Assembly (NCBI GenBank): GCA_017394805.1
Contig: JAFPXC010000007.1
Span: forward strand, 1,093-65,092
DNA from: Clostridia bacterium
Lineage (GTDB): Bacteria > Bacillota > Clostridia > Christensenellales > CAG-1252
Reading direction: 5' to 3'
DNA length: 64,000 nt
This document shows, piece after piece, positions 1 through 9,845 of this stretch. Position 1 is the first letter of the stretch; the number at the start of each line of letters is the position of its first letter. The position numbers and the translations under genes are program-made. The notes under the pieces are model-generated. The model saw nothing but the letters and a program-made list of their open reading frames with translations, had not been told where the DNA came from and ran no database searches.

Positions 1-102
1 CGGTTTGCGCAAAAGAAAAACCACCGCCCCGTCGCTTATCCCCGCCCCCGACCGAAATCCTTTTCTACCGAAACCATATTTAAAAAATATACGTCAAAAC
101 GC

Positions 103-131
103 TTGAAATTTGCGCCGACCTATGTTACAAT
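103..131 (+). promoter_or_regulatory. sigmaA-type promoter of secG
   Basis: TTGAAA(103-108)-N17-TACAAT(126-131) with extended TG. Confidence 0.7.
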
Positions 132-165
132 AGGTAAGCAATTTGATAAAAGGAGTAGTGTCCTC

Positions 166-483
166 ATGATAGGAAGTTTGATTTTAGGTAGTTTGAATGC
201 GACCGAATCGCGTATAATCGCGGCCGGCGTATTGATGTGCGTCATCGCGCTTTTGTCCATCGCGCTCATCGTTTTGGTGCTGCTGCAACGCGGCTCGGGC
301 GACAGCGTCAGCGCCATCACGGGCGGCAACAACAGCGAGAGCTTTTTCTCCAAGACCAAGGGCGGCGGCAAGCAACGCTTGCTGCGCATTCTCACCATCG
401 CCTTCTCGGTGGCTATCGCCGTGTTGGCCATCGCCTTCTTCCTCGTCGCGCCCATTTCGGCCGTTGCGGCGACTGCGGCGTAA
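166..483 (+). CDS. secG: preprotein translocase subunit SecG
   Basis: TM-LVLLQRGSGDSVSAITGG..FF..KGG-TM pattern; ATG166 follows AAGGAG RBS (ORF-track start 103 overlaps the promoter). Confidence 0.88.
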   Translation: MIGSLILGSLNATESRIIAAGVLMCVIALLSIALIVLVLLQRGSGDSVSAITGGNNSESFFSKTKGGGKQRLLRILTIAFSVAIAVLAIAFFLVAPISAVAATAA

Positions 484-504
484 GCAATCCAAAAAGCAAG
501 AGAG

Positions 505-532
505 ATCCACCGCTCGTTCGGTGGATTTTTTT
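505..532 (+). terminator. intrinsic terminator after secG
   Basis: ATCCACCG/CGGTGGAT stem followed by T7. Confidence 0.85.
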
Positions 533-541
533 ATGCCCTTC

Positions 542-569
542 GTATAACCGACGCGCTTTACGCATACTA
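542..569 (+). promoter_or_regulatory. putative sigmaG/sigmaF-type forespore promoter of spoVT
   Basis: GTATA(542-546)-N16-CATACTA(563-569); -10 is a perfect match, spacer is 1-2 nt short. Confidence 0.5.
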
Positions 570-574
570 CCCCT

Positions 575-1093
575 ATGAAAGCAACGGGTATAGTGAGAAG
601 AATGGATGAATTGGGCAGGGTGGTCATTCCCAAGGAGATACGCCGCACCATGCACCTCAAAGAGGGGGAAGAGCTGGAGATTTACGCGCACGACGAGGGC
701 TTGCTCCTCAAAAAATACTCGGCGATCTCGGCGTTGGGCGGGTTGGCCGAGGAATACGCGCAGGTGGTGCAGAGTCTCCTCGGCGGCGCCGTGTTCGTGA
801 CGGATACGGACGGCGTGTCTGCCGCGGCGGGCACCCAAGACGAGGCCGCAATCGGCAAGCCGTTTTCGGCGGCGGTGGGCGATCTCCTCGCCAAACGAAA
901 GCGCGGCTTGCTGTCGGACGCGGCGGTGACCAAGGGGGGCAGGACCTATGCGCACGTGGCCGTCTATCCCATATTGACGCACGGTGATTTGTTCGGCGCC
1001 ATCGTCTTGGGCGCACGGAGCGCGGTGGACGCCAAAGCGGACGTCGTATGCGAAACGGCGTGCCGACTTTTGGCCAATCAAATCGGTGACTGA
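575..1093 (+). CDS. spoVT: stage V sporulation protein T (AbrB DNA-binding domain + GAF domain)
   Basis: MKATGIVRRMDELGRVVIPKEIRRT signature plus C-terminal GAF-like region; spoVT-yabM-mazG synteny. Confidence 0.92.
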   Translation: MKATGIVRRMDELGRVVIPKEIRRTMHLKEGEELEIYAHDEGLLLKKYSAISALGGLAEEYAQVVQSLLGGAVFVTDTDGVSAAAGTQDEAAIGKPFSAAVGDLLAKRKRGLLSDAAVTKGGRTYAHVAVYPILTHGDLFGAIVLGARSAVDAKADVVCETACRLLANQIGD

Positions 1094-2591
1094 AAAGAAA
1101 AAGCGAGGTTTATTGGGGCACGGCGTCGCGTTGATGCTGTGCTCTTTCGTTGCCAAAGCCATAGGCGCGGCGTATCGACTGCCCCTTACCAATCTGTTGG
1201 GCGCGGCGGGCATCGGCGCATATCAGCTGGTGTTTCCCGTGTACGTATTGGTGTTGGCCCTCACCTCGTCGGCCATGCCCGTCCTTTTGGCGCGTCAAAT
1301 CGCCAAGGACGCCGCCTTTGGCTACGCGGTGTTTCGCAAAGCGCTGTCTTTGCTGGCGTTGACGGGGGGCGGCGGGGCGATTGCCTTGCTCGCCTTGGCC
1401 TATCCGTTGGCCCATTTGCAGGGATACGGCGCCATGTGGTTGGGCTACGTCGTTTTGTCTCCCGCGGTGTTGGCGGTGGGCTTGTCGGCGGCCTATCGCG
1501 GGTGGTTTTCGGCCACGATGCATACGGGCGTGCTGTCGGGCGCCGCTCTGATGGAGCAAATCGCCAAGCTGTCCGGCTTGCTGTTTGCCTTTTGGCTCGC
1601 AAAACGGGGGGACGTACCCGCCGTTTTGGGTGCATTGTTGGGCGTCACGTTGGCCGAGACCGCCGCGCTGATATGGTACGTCACGGCCTATTTCGCGCTC
1701 GGCTATCGCATGGGGAAGCCCCTCGTCAACGTGCCCGTCAAGGCGTTGTGGCAATCCTCTTTGCCCATCACCGCCTGCAACTTGGTGTTGCCCGTCGTGG
1801 CGGGGTTGGACAGCCTTCTATTGGTCAATTTGGCCGTGTGGGCGGGCGCGGACTCCGCCGAAGCCGTCAATCGTTACGGCTTGCTGACGGGCGCCGCGGG
1901 CACGGTGACCAACCTGCCCGTCGTGCTGACGTTGGCGTTCGTCACCCTCGTCGTGCCCGTCGTGAGCCGAGCGGTCGGCAGGCGCCAGATCGCCGAGGTG
2001 CGCCGTAGCAGTACGGACACTTTGTGGCTGGTGACGGCCCTGAGCCTTCCCTGCGCGGTGGGGCTTGCGCTGCTATCGCCCCAAGTCGTCGCCTTGCTAT
2101 ACCCCCGACTGTCCGCGGACGAAGCGGCCTATTGCGTCGTATTGATGCGCATAGCCTCGTTGGGCATACCCGTCATCGCCTTGCAGCAGGTGTACAACGC
2201 CCTTTTGCAGGCCGTGGAGCGCAGCAAAACGGGCGCCAAGCAAATGGCGATAGGCGGTGCGGTCAAACTGTTGGGCAACGTGACCTTGGTGCCTTTGTTG
2301 GGCATGGCGGGCGCCGCCGTATCCAGCGTGTTGTGCTACGTCACGGTGCTCGTGTTGAACTCGACCACCTACACTCGCCTGACCGGGCGCTACCGCTTGG
2401 CCAAGCCCTTGGCCGCCACCGCCTTCGCTTCGCTGTGTATGGGCGTGACGATATGGGCGATGGGACGGCTTATAGAGAATAATATCCTATGTGTGCTCCT
2501 CAATGTCTTGATTGGCGGCGCGGTATATGCTATAATACTATGGTGTGCGCACGGCGCTACTTGGTGGCGCAATAGACGGGCGCAGACGTAG
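1086..2591 (+). CDS. SpoVB/YabM-family MOP flippase (polysaccharide biosynthesis protein)
   Basis: about 14 TM segments, KAIGAAYRLPL..LGAAGIGAYQLVFP motif; GTG1086 overlaps the spoVT stop. Confidence 0.85.
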   Translation: MTEKKKRGLLGHGVALMLCSFVAKAIGAAYRLPLTNLLGAAGIGAYQLVFPVYVLVLALTSSAMPVLLARQIAKDAAFGYAVFRKALSLLALTGGGGAIALLALAYPLAHLQGYGAMWLGYVVLSPAVLAVGLSAAYRGWFSATMHTGVLSGAALMEQIAKLSGLLFAFWLAKRGDVPAVLGALLGVTLAETAALIWYVTAYFALGYRMGKPLVNVPVKALWQSSLPITACNLVLPVVAGLDSLLLVNLAVWAGADSAEAVNRYGLLTGAAGTVTNLPVVLTLAFVTLVVPVVSRAVGRRQIAEVRRSSTDTLWLVTALSLPCAVGLALLSPQVVALLYPRLSADEAAYCVVLMRIASLGIPVIALQQVYNALLQAVERSKTGAKQMAIGGAVKLLGNVTLVPLLGMAGAAVSSVLCYVTVLVLNSTTYTRLTGRYRLAKPLAATAFASLCMGVTIWAMGRLIENNILCVLLNVLIGGAVYAIILWCAHGATWWRNRRAQT

Positions 2592-2599
2592 AGGGAAAC

Positions 2600-3997
2600 A
2601 TGATAACGATAATAGGCATGGGCATTTGTCAAGAGGACGTCACCCTGCGGGGCAGAGACGCCGTACTCAACGCGAAGCGCGTCTTCGTGCGGACGGAAGA
2701 CACCGAGTGCGCGAAGACCTTGCGCAAGCTGGGCGTGTCGTACGTCGCCTGCGACGACTTGTATCGTGAGGCAGAGGATTTCGACGGCTTGCAGCGGGCG
2801 CTCGTCGAGCGGCTTTTGGCGGCGGGCGACTGCGCGTATTGCGTGGACGGAGACGGCACCGAGGACGGCATCGCACGCGCTTTGGCCCCCCAATGCGCGG
2901 TGTCCGTCATAGCGGGCGTATCGCACGCGTCCTCGGCTTTGGCCGTTGCGGGCGTCGCCAATGAGCGCGTACATAGCCTTTCAGCCTTGACGCTGACGCG
3001 CGAGCCCGTGTTTCTCGCGCCGTCCGCCACCCTCGTCGTCACCGAGTTGGACGACCGCTTTTTGGCGGGCGAAGTCAAGTTGCGTTTGCTCGATACGTAC
3101 GGGGACGTAGGGGGCTTTTTCGTGACAAAAGACAAATGTATCCCCCTTCCCGTCAGCGAATTGGACAGACAAAAAGGATACGGCGCGTTGTGCGCGTACG
3201 TCTTGCCGAGCATAGATTTTCTATCCAAACAACGCTTCAATTTCGAGGACGTGGTCTATCTGCTTATGCGGTTGCGTGCGCCCGACGGATGCGAGTGGGA
3301 CAAGGCGCAGACGCACGGCAGTATGCGCGACTGTTGCATCGAAGAGGCCTACGAATTGGTGGAGGCCATCGACCTCGACGACGTGGACAAGATGGTGGAG
3401 GAGACGGGCGACGTACTGTTGCAGGCGGTTTTCCACGCCTCTATCGCCCAAGACCTCGGCGAATTTTCGATCGCCGATATGCTCTCGGCGTTGGTGTCCA
3501 AGTTGATCATGCGCCACCCGCACGTGTTCGGCGACGTGGTGGCCACCAACCAAGAGGAAGCGCTGGCGGCCTGGGATAAGGCCAAGAGCAAGGAGAAGCA
3601 TCAGGATACCTACACCCAAAAACTCAAAGACGTGGCCCCCATGCCCGCCTTGATGCGGTGCAAAAAAATACAAAAAATCGCCGCCAAGGCGCATTACGAT
3701 TTCGCTTCGGCGGAAGACGCGGCGACCAAAATCGACGAAGAACTCCGCGAGCTGTTTGCCGCGACCAACGAGGACGAGCGGGCTATGGAAGGCGGCGACT
3801 TGCTGTTTGCCGCCGTCAACGTGCTGCGCCTTCTGCACGTCGAGCCCGAGTTGGCGCTCATTGCGTCCACCCGCAAGTTCGTAGATCGTTTCGCGGCGGT
3901 AGAGGCGGCGTTGGCCGCCGAAGGCAAGCGCGTCGACCAAGTGTCGGCGGACGAGTTGTGGCAGGTCTACGACCGCGTCAAGGAGACGATTCGATGA
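2600..3997 (+). CDS. mazG: YabN-type tetrapyrrole-methylase-like/MazG nucleoside triphosphate pyrophosphohydrolase fusion
   Basis: LRAPDGCEWDKAQTH, EEAYELVEAI, EETGDVLLQAVFH, RHPHVFG motifs; N-terminal methylase-like domain. Confidence 0.9.
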   Translation: MITIIGMGICQEDVTLRGRDAVLNAKRVFVRTEDTECAKTLRKLGVSYVACDDLYREAEDFDGLQRALVERLLAAGDCAYCVDGDGTEDGIARALAPQCAVSVIAGVSHASSALAVAGVANERVHSLSALTLTREPVFLAPSATLVVTELDDRFLAGEVKLRLLDTYGDVGGFFVTKDKCIPLPVSELDRQKGYGALCAYVLPSIDFLSKQRFNFEDVVYLLMRLRAPDGCEWDKAQTHGSMRDCCIEEAYELVEAIDLDDVDKMVEETGDVLLQAVFHASIAQDLGEFSIADMLSALVSKLIMRHPHVFGDVVATNQEEALAAWDKAKSKEKHQDTYTQKLKDVAPMPALMRCKKIQKIAAKAHYDFASAEDAATKIDEELRELFAATNEDERAMEGGDLLFAAVNVLRLLHVEPELALIASTRKFVDRFAAVEAALAAEGKRVDQVSADELWQVYDRVKETIR

Positions 3998-4914
3998 AGA
4001 TCGGGCGGTTTACCCTGGTATCGGACGCCGTGCTCGGCCCCATGGCGGGGGTGAGCGATTTGGGCTTCCGCACCTTGGCGCGCCGCTACGGCGCGGGGCT
4101 TACCTATACCGAGATGGTGAGCGTGTGCGGATTGATGCACCGCAACGCCAAGACCGAAGTGCTGACCGCCGTTGCGCCCTGCGAAACGCCCTCGGCCATA
4201 CAGTTGTTCGGCAGCGATCCCGACGTTTTTTCCAAGGCCGCCCGACATCCCGCCGTGGCCAAATTCGACATTATCGACGTCAATATGGGCTGTCCCGTGC
4301 CCAAGGTGGTGTCGCGCGGGGAAGGTAGCGCGTTGATGAAGGACGCGCCGCGGGCCATGGATATCGTGCGCGCGCTCGTCGAAAGCTCGGGCGGCAAACC
4401 CGTGACCGTCAAAATACGCGCGGGGTGGGATCGTCCGATCGCTCCCGACTTCGCCCTTCGTATGCAGGAGGCGGGCGCTTTGGCGGTCACCGTGCACGGG
4501 CGCACACGTCAACAGCAGTACACGGGCACGGCCGATTGGGGCATTATCCGCGAGACGGTATCCGCCGTAACTATTCCCGTCGTTGCCAACGGCGACGTCA
4601 AGTCGGCGGAGGACTATCGGCGCGTCAAGGCCGAAACGGGCGCGGCGGGCGTGATGATTGCGCGCGGCGCGGTGGGGCGCACCCCCATCTTCGCCGAAAT
4701 ACGCGGCGAGACGCCCGAGGTGGATTTGCAGGCGGATTTCAACCTGCAATTCGACATCCTCCGCGCCACCTATTCCGACCACGTGGCGTGTATGCTCATC
4801 AAGCCCCATCTTATCGCGGCGGTGAGCGGCAGAGCGGGTGCCAAAGAGTTGCGCCTGGCCGTCGGCACGGCCAAAACCGTAGAGGACGTGGCGGCCGTGA
4901 TTGCCGTATTGTAG
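3994..4914 (+). CDS. dusB: tRNA-dihydrouridine synthase (DusB family)
   Basis: GPMAGVSD, IDVNMGCPVPKV, VTVKIRAGW, VHGRTRQQQY, ANGDV; ATG3994 overlaps the mazG stop. Confidence 0.9.
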   Translation: MKIGRFTLVSDAVLGPMAGVSDLGFRTLARRYGAGLTYTEMVSVCGLMHRNAKTEVLTAVAPCETPSAIQLFGSDPDVFSKAARHPAVAKFDIIDVNMGCPVPKVVSRGEGSALMKDAPRAMDIVRALVESSGGKPVTVKIRAGWDRPIAPDFALRMQEAGALAVTVHGRTRQQQYTGTADWGIIRETVSAVTIPVVANGDVKSAEDYRRVKAETGAAGVMIARGAVGRTPIFAEIRGETPEVDLQADFNLQFDILRATYSDHVACMLIKPHLIAAVSGRAGAKELRLAVGTAKTVEDVAAVIAVL

Positions 4915-4927
4915 GGGTGTTCGGCTA

Positions 4928-4956
4928 TTGACAATTTACATAAATGCATATATAAT
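4928..4956 (+). promoter_or_regulatory. consensus sigmaA promoter of the AAA ATPase gene, with an internal palindrome
   Basis: TTGACA-N17-TATAAT; ATTTA-CA-TAAAT (4934-4945) lies in the spacer. Confidence 0.8.
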
Positions 4957-5017
4957 ATAATCCGTGACAAGCGTGCGTGCTTGCCAACCAACCGGAATTA
5001 CAAAAGGAGAGCACCAT

Positions 5018-7024
5018 ATGAAATACATTTTCGTCGTCGAATGGGACAAGGATTTTGTGGCTGCTTGGGCCGAAAAGAAGGTGTCTTTGGCCGAGTTCGC
5101 CATCACCTACGTCAAGTCCAACTACAAAAACAAATTGATTTTGGCGGTACATAACGATTGCTATTGCCAATGGATCGCCCCTCGTTTTTCGGAGAGCGAA
5201 GCGAGAAGAGCGCAAGAAGCCATCAACAATTATTTGATGCGGGAGTTGTCCATCGCCGCCGATTCGGGCGTGCTGAAGAGTTATATCACGCCCTACGGCG
5301 GCGTGAGCGCGCCCGCGCAACGAGCGGACGAAAAGCCGACGGCAGAGGCCGCGCCTCAAACGAATGACCAAGCGGGACAACACCCCTTGACCGTCAAGAT
5401 CAACCGCATGGCCGAAGACCTCATCGCCGCCGTCGAGTTCAAGGCGCTCATCGCCGAGATCGCCAAGATGGCGCCCTTGACGGCGGACGGTTCGCTCGGC
5501 GAAGTGTTCGAGCATCGCCATTACGTATTTTCGGTAGACGAGGGCTACGACGTCAAGAAGTACGTGGACGTATTGGGCGACGCGTTGCACGCGGCGGGGC
5601 TTTTCAAGGGCGAAACCGTGACGACCGAGACCTATCGCCTGCCCAAGGTGGAAGACAAGCGCAATAGCGATCCCATCGAGAGTTTTTTGAGCGACCTCGA
5701 CGATTACGAGAGCACTGTATTGGTGCTGGACATCATCGAATGGATGGACGCCGCGCGCACCGAGGATTTCCGCAACGTGCTGAAGGCCATCGAACGCCAA
5801 AGCGAATGCGTGGTCGTGTTCACCATTCCCTACGTGGAGAAAGACGCGCTCAACCGCGTGTACGAGGCCATCAACGACGTTCTCAACGTCCGTGCCGTGT
5901 CCTTCGTGCCCTATTCCAAAGAGGAGTTGCAAATGGCGGCCGCCCGGTTTTTGGGCAACTACTCGGTGGAGATGACCGAGGAAGCCTGGCTCGTGTTCCA
6001 CTCCATGATACTCAAAGAGAAAGCGGACGGCAATTTCTACGGCGAAAACACCGTCAAGAAAGTGTGCCGCGAGATGCTGTTGGCCAAGACGTTGGCCAAC
6101 GCGGAGGCGGGTACGGACAGCAAAATCATCGAGGCCGACGACCTCGCCGACGTAGCGCCGCATGAGGCGCGCCAACGCTCGGCTGAGGAGATGCTGAACG
6201 GCTTGGTGGGCATCGACGCCGTGCGCAAAAAACTCTACGAGATCGTCAACCAGATCGAGGCGGCCAGACAGTTGGGCGACGTGGATATGCCCAGCGTGCA
6301 TATGCGCTTCGTGGGCAACCCCGGCACGGGCAAGACGACCGTGGCGCGTATCATGGGGCGTATGCTCAAAGAGCGCGGCTTATTGCGCATCGGCGATTTG
6401 TACGAGATCCACGGCCGCGACTTGGTGGGGCGTTATATCGGCGAGACTTCGCCCAAGACCGCGTCCATCTGCCGCGACGCTTACGGCTCGGTGCTGTTCA
6501 TCGACGAGGCCTATTCTTTGTGCCGTTCCACCGAGGACTCCAAGGATTTCGGCCGCGAAGCGTTGGACACCCTGATAGCCCAAATGGAGAATCACCGCAC
6601 CGATTTCGTGGTGATTATGGCGGGCTACACGGACGATATCGCCAATATGATGAAGGCCAACGCCGGTTTGGAGAACCGTATGCCCTATTTGGTGGAGTTT
6701 CCCAACTACAGCCAAGACGAGTTGTATCAAATCTACGCGTTGATGGTCAAGCGCTACGGCAAGTACGAAGAGGATCTGCTATCCGAGGCCGAGGCGTTCT
6801 TCAAGGCGTTGCCCGACGACTATATCAAGGACAAATCCTTCGGCAACGGCCGTTACGTGCGCAACCTCTTCGAGCGCACGCGCGCCAAAGCCATTACCCG
6901 CCGCCAACTCGAGGGCGCGGAGGCGTTGATTTTGAAGCGCGAGGACTTTTTGGCGGCTTCCGCCGACAACGAGTTCCGCTCGACCAAACCTGCCGACAGT
7001 CGGCGCAAGGTCGGTTTCAACTGA
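5018..7024 (+). CDS. SpoVK/CbbX-family AAA+ ATPase with an unknown N-terminal domain and a degenerate first AAA module
   Basis: FVGNPGTGKTTVAR Walker A, VLFIDEAYSL Walker B, GRYVRNLFE, KVGF C-terminus; RBS AAGGAG before ATG5018. Confidence 0.85.
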   Translation: MKYIFVVEWDKDFVAAWAEKKVSLAEFAITYVKSNYKNKLILAVHNDCYCQWIAPRFSESEARRAQEAINNYLMRELSIAADSGVLKSYITPYGGVSAPAQRADEKPTAEAAPQTNDQAGQHPLTVKINRMAEDLIAAVEFKALIAEIAKMAPLTADGSLGEVFEHRHYVFSVDEGYDVKKYVDVLGDALHAAGLFKGETVTTETYRLPKVEDKRNSDPIESFLSDLDDYESTVLVLDIIEWMDAARTEDFRNVLKAIERQSECVVVFTIPYVEKDALNRVYEAINDVLNVRAVSFVPYSKEELQMAAARFLGNYSVEMTEEAWLVFHSMILKEKADGNFYGENTVKKVCREMLLAKTLANAEAGTDSKIIEADDLADVAPHEARQRSAEEMLNGLVGIDAVRKKLYEIVNQIEAARQLGDVDMPSVHMRFVGNPGTGKTTVARIMGRMLKERGLLRIGDLYEIHGRDLVGRYIGETSPKTASICRDAYGSVLFIDEAYSLCRSTEDSKDFGREALDTLIAQMENHRTDFVVIMAGYTDDIANMMKANAGLENRMPYLVEFPNYSQDELYQIYALMVKRYGKYEEDLLSEAEAFFKALPDDYIKDKSFGNGRYVRNLFERTRAKAITRRQLEGAEALILKREDFLAASADNEFRSTKPADSRRKVGFN

Positions 7025-7029
7025 CAGCG

Positions 7030-7052
7030 AGGGGGCTTCGGCCCCCTTTTTT
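7030..7052 (+). terminator. intrinsic terminator
   Basis: AGGGGGC-TTCG-GCCCCCT + T6. Confidence 0.9.
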
Positions 7053-7093
7053 GCGCGTTCACCGAGAGGCGCGCTTTGGAATATAGTTAAACG

Positions 7094-8047
7094 ATGATAT
7101 ACGCCGATTTACATTGCGATACGCTCACCGAATACGCCGATCTACGCGAAAACGACGGGCAGGTTTCTTTCCCAAAACTGCACGCGGCGGGTTGCCGCAC
7201 CATGTGTTTCGCCGCGTTCGTTCGCATGGAAAAGGGGGATTTGTTCGCCACCGCTATGGCCTACGCGGATAAGTTGCGCCGCGAGATAGCGCGCAACGCG
7301 GATATCGCCGACCGAGTCTTGTGCGCCTCGGATATGCGGCGGGCGGCCGCCCATGGCAAGGTGGGCGCCATGCTTACCGTAGAGGAGGGCGCCGTGGTCG
7401 AAGGAGATATCGCCAACGTGCGCCGATTGCATCGTGCGGGCGTGCGCATGATGACGCTCACTTGGAATTATGCCAACGCACTGGGGCGTCCCAACGCCAC
7501 GATGGACGAATATGCGGCACGTGGTGAGCGCGCTTTGTACGACGTGAGCGACGCGCCCTTGACCGAGTTCGGACGCGCGGTTTTGGCCGAGATGAACGCG
7601 GCGGGCGTGCTGGCGGACGTATCCCATCTTTCGGACGGCGGCTTTTGGGACGTCGTGCGCTTGTCGACGAAACCCGTGGTGGCTTCGCACAGCAACGCAC
7701 GCGCCGTGCGGGGCGTGGGGCGCAACCTGACGGACGCGCAAATCGCGGCTCTTTCGGCCAAGGGGGGCGTGATGGGGCTTAATCTTTGTCCCGATTTTTT
7801 GTGCGCAAAGGACGCTGACGTGCTCGAATGGGCGGTGCGGCACGCGGTGCATATCTGGCAAACGGGCGGCGAGGACGTGCTGGCATTCGGCGCGGATTTC
7901 GACGGCACCAAAACGCGCGCGCCTCTTGCGGATTGCACGAATACTCCCCTACTGTATGGGGCTTTGTGCGACCAAATGCCCCCGCGCGTGGTCGACAAAA
8001 TGATGTGGGGCAACTTTTTGCGGGTGCTCGAAGACGCGTGCGGTTGA
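7094..8047 (+). CDS. membrane dipeptidase (peptidase M19, amidohydrolase fold)
   Basis: DLHCD, VEEG, TLTWNYAN, DVSHLSD, ASHSN, FGADFDG. Confidence 0.9.
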   Translation: MIYADLHCDTLTEYADLRENDGQVSFPKLHAAGCRTMCFAAFVRMEKGDLFATAMAYADKLRREIARNADIADRVLCASDMRRAAAHGKVGAMLTVEEGAVVEGDIANVRRLHRAGVRMMTLTWNYANALGRPNATMDEYAARGERALYDVSDAPLTEFGRAVLAEMNAAGVLADVSHLSDGGFWDVVRLSTKPVVASHSNARAVRGVGRNLTDAQIAALSAKGGVMGLNLCPDFLCAKDADVLEWAVRHAVHIWQTGGEDVLAFGADFDGTKTRAPLADCTNTPLLYGALCDQMPPRVVDKMMWGNFLRVLEDACG

Positions 8048-8167
8048 CGCTCGCGTTTTCTTTTTTCTCTACGTCGAGGGCGCGGCAATCGTCTTGGCCG
8101 AGCAAGTGCGTGCCGCCTTTCTTTGCGGCGAAATCTTTGGGCGAGCACGGCAAATTCGACAGAATGG

Positions 8168-8196
8168 TTGCAATCCCCCCGCTTTTGTTATATAAT
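8168..8196 (+). promoter_or_regulatory. sigmaA promoter of aspS
   Basis: TTGCAA-N17-TATAAT; no T-box leader. Confidence 0.7.
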
Positions 8197-8232
8197 GTAG
8201 GCAATACTATGGATATTATCAAGGAGTAAACT

Positions 8233-9519
8233 ATGACGAGAAGTAGAATTGCCGACATCAAAGTGGGCGAAATCAACAAAGTGCAAGGCTTCGTGGAGAA
8301 TATTCGCGATAAAAAGTGGATGGCGTTTTTGGTCGTGCGGGATATCAGCGGCAAGTTGCAGTTGACCATCGAGAAGGAAAAACATCCCGATTTGGCCGAA
8401 GTCGTCAAGAATTTGACCATCGACTCGGTGATCACCGTGGAAGGCCCCGTGGTGGAGAATAGTTACGTCAAGTTGGGCGGCGTCGAAATGTTGCCCGACA
8501 CCATGACCATCGAATCCGTGGCCGCCCCGCTGCCCATCGAGGACAAGAGCGCCATCGACCTGAGGTTGGACTACCGCTGGCTCGATCTGCGCAGCGAGCG
8601 CAACACCCTCATATTCAAGGTGCAAACCCTCATCGCAGCCAAATTGCGCGAATTCCTCCTGCAACGCGACTTCGTGGAGATCCACACGCCCAAACTCATC
8701 GGCGCGGCTTCCGAATCGGGCGCGGACGTCTTCGAGTTGACCTATTTCGAGCGCAAGGCGTATCTTGCCCAAAGTCCGCAGTTCTACAAGCAAATGGCGA
8801 TGGCGGCCGGCTTCGAGCGCATCTTCGAGTGCGGCCCCGTGTTCCGCGCCGAGAAGAGCAACACCAACAAGCACGCCACCGAGTTTACGGGCTTCGACCT
8901 CGAGTTCAGCTATATCGAGAGCTACGAGGACGTGATGAAGATGGAAGAGGAAATGATCGCCTACGTGCTGGGCTTCGTCAAGGAGCAGTACGGCGACAAG
9001 ATCAAGGAGTTGTTCGGCGAGGAAGTCGTCGTGCCCACCTTGCCCTTCCCCCGTATGAAATTGGCCGACCTGTATACCGAGCTCAAAGCGCGCGGCTTGG
9101 CCGAGGAATTGTGCGAAAAGGGCGACCTGTGCACCGAGGGCGAGCGTATGTGCAAGTCCTTCACGCAGGACAAGTTCGGGCATGAGTTTTTGTTCGTCAC
9201 CGATTTCAGCCCCGAAAAACGCGCCTTCTACCATATGCGCAACGAAGAGGGTATTCCCCAAGGCTACGACCTCATCTGGAAAGGGTGCGAGATCACGACG
9301 GGCGCCCAGCGCGAACATCGCTACGAGGTGTTGAAACGCCAAGCCGACGAAAAGGGCTTGGGCGAGGACGTCAAGTTCTATCTGGAGTTCTTCAAGTACG
9401 GGTGCCCCCCGCACGGCGGCTTCGGCATCGGTCTCGACCGTATGACGATGATATTGCTCAATATCGCCATCAAGGAAGTAGAGTTCTTGTTCCGCGGCCC
9501 CGACCGTTTGACCCCGTGA
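8233..9519 (+). CDS. aspS: aspartyl-tRNA synthetase, short archaeal/eukaryal type
   Basis: 428 aa, OB-fold, LAQSPQFYKQ, FRAEKS, GAQREH, PPHGGFGIGLDR; no bacterial GAD insertion. Confidence 0.88.
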   Translation: MTRSRIADIKVGEINKVQGFVENIRDKKWMAFLVVRDISGKLQLTIEKEKHPDLAEVVKNLTIDSVITVEGPVVENSYVKLGGVEMLPDTMTIESVAAPLPIEDKSAIDLRLDYRWLDLRSERNTLIFKVQTLIAAKLREFLLQRDFVEIHTPKLIGAASESGADVFELTYFERKAYLAQSPQFYKQMAMAAGFERIFECGPVFRAEKSNTNKHATEFTGFDLEFSYIESYEDVMKMEEEMIAYVLGFVKEQYGDKIKELFGEEVVVPTLPFPRMKLADLYTELKARGLAEELCEKGDLCTEGERMCKSFTQDKFGHEFLFVTDFSPEKRAFYHMRNEEGIPQGYDLIWKGCEITTGAQREHRYEVLKRQADEKGLGEDVKFYLEFFKYGCPPHGGFGIGLDRMTMILLNIAIKEVEFLFRGPDRLTP

Positions 9520-9520
9520 T

Positions 9521-9805
9521 GGGCAAATCGAGCGATATAGCACGCTGTTCAGTCGCTCGCACAAGTCACGTACGCAGAGTACGTTAGGCTTGCGCTCGTT
9601 CCTTGGAACACGCACTCTCTCACCCGATTTGCACCATCGCGAGGTCAAACGGGGGTGGAGAGAAAACAAAGGCGAGAATGGGTGCGTCCGCTCGTTCGCC
9701 AAACTCGTGTACGCAGAGTACTTACCGCATTCGTTAGAATGCACCCTCTCTCATCACAATCTTGCGCCAAGGCGTGAGGCGGGGGTGGGAAAAACACAAA
9801 GGCGA
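9521..9805. repeat. two degenerate tandem copies (about 130-139 bp period) of a GTAC-hairpin intergenic element
   Basis: GTACGCAGAGTAC at 9570 and 9709; GGGGGTGG at 9651 and 9781; CAAAGGCGA at 9667 and 9797. Confidence 0.75.
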
Positions 9806-9845
9806 ATATAAGGCGCAGTCCGTTCATTCACCGAAATAGAAGTAC

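Noticed and set aside
5018-7024. Calling the AAA ATPase spoVK
   Set aside because: It is about twice the length of SpoVK, has extra domains and a sigmaA promoter; family-level call only.
9521-9805. Possible CRISPR array (also considered at 28343-28569 and 51025-51137)
   Set aside because: Only 2-4 degenerate units, spacers are related or self-complementary, unit sizes do not fit, and no cas genes are in the window.
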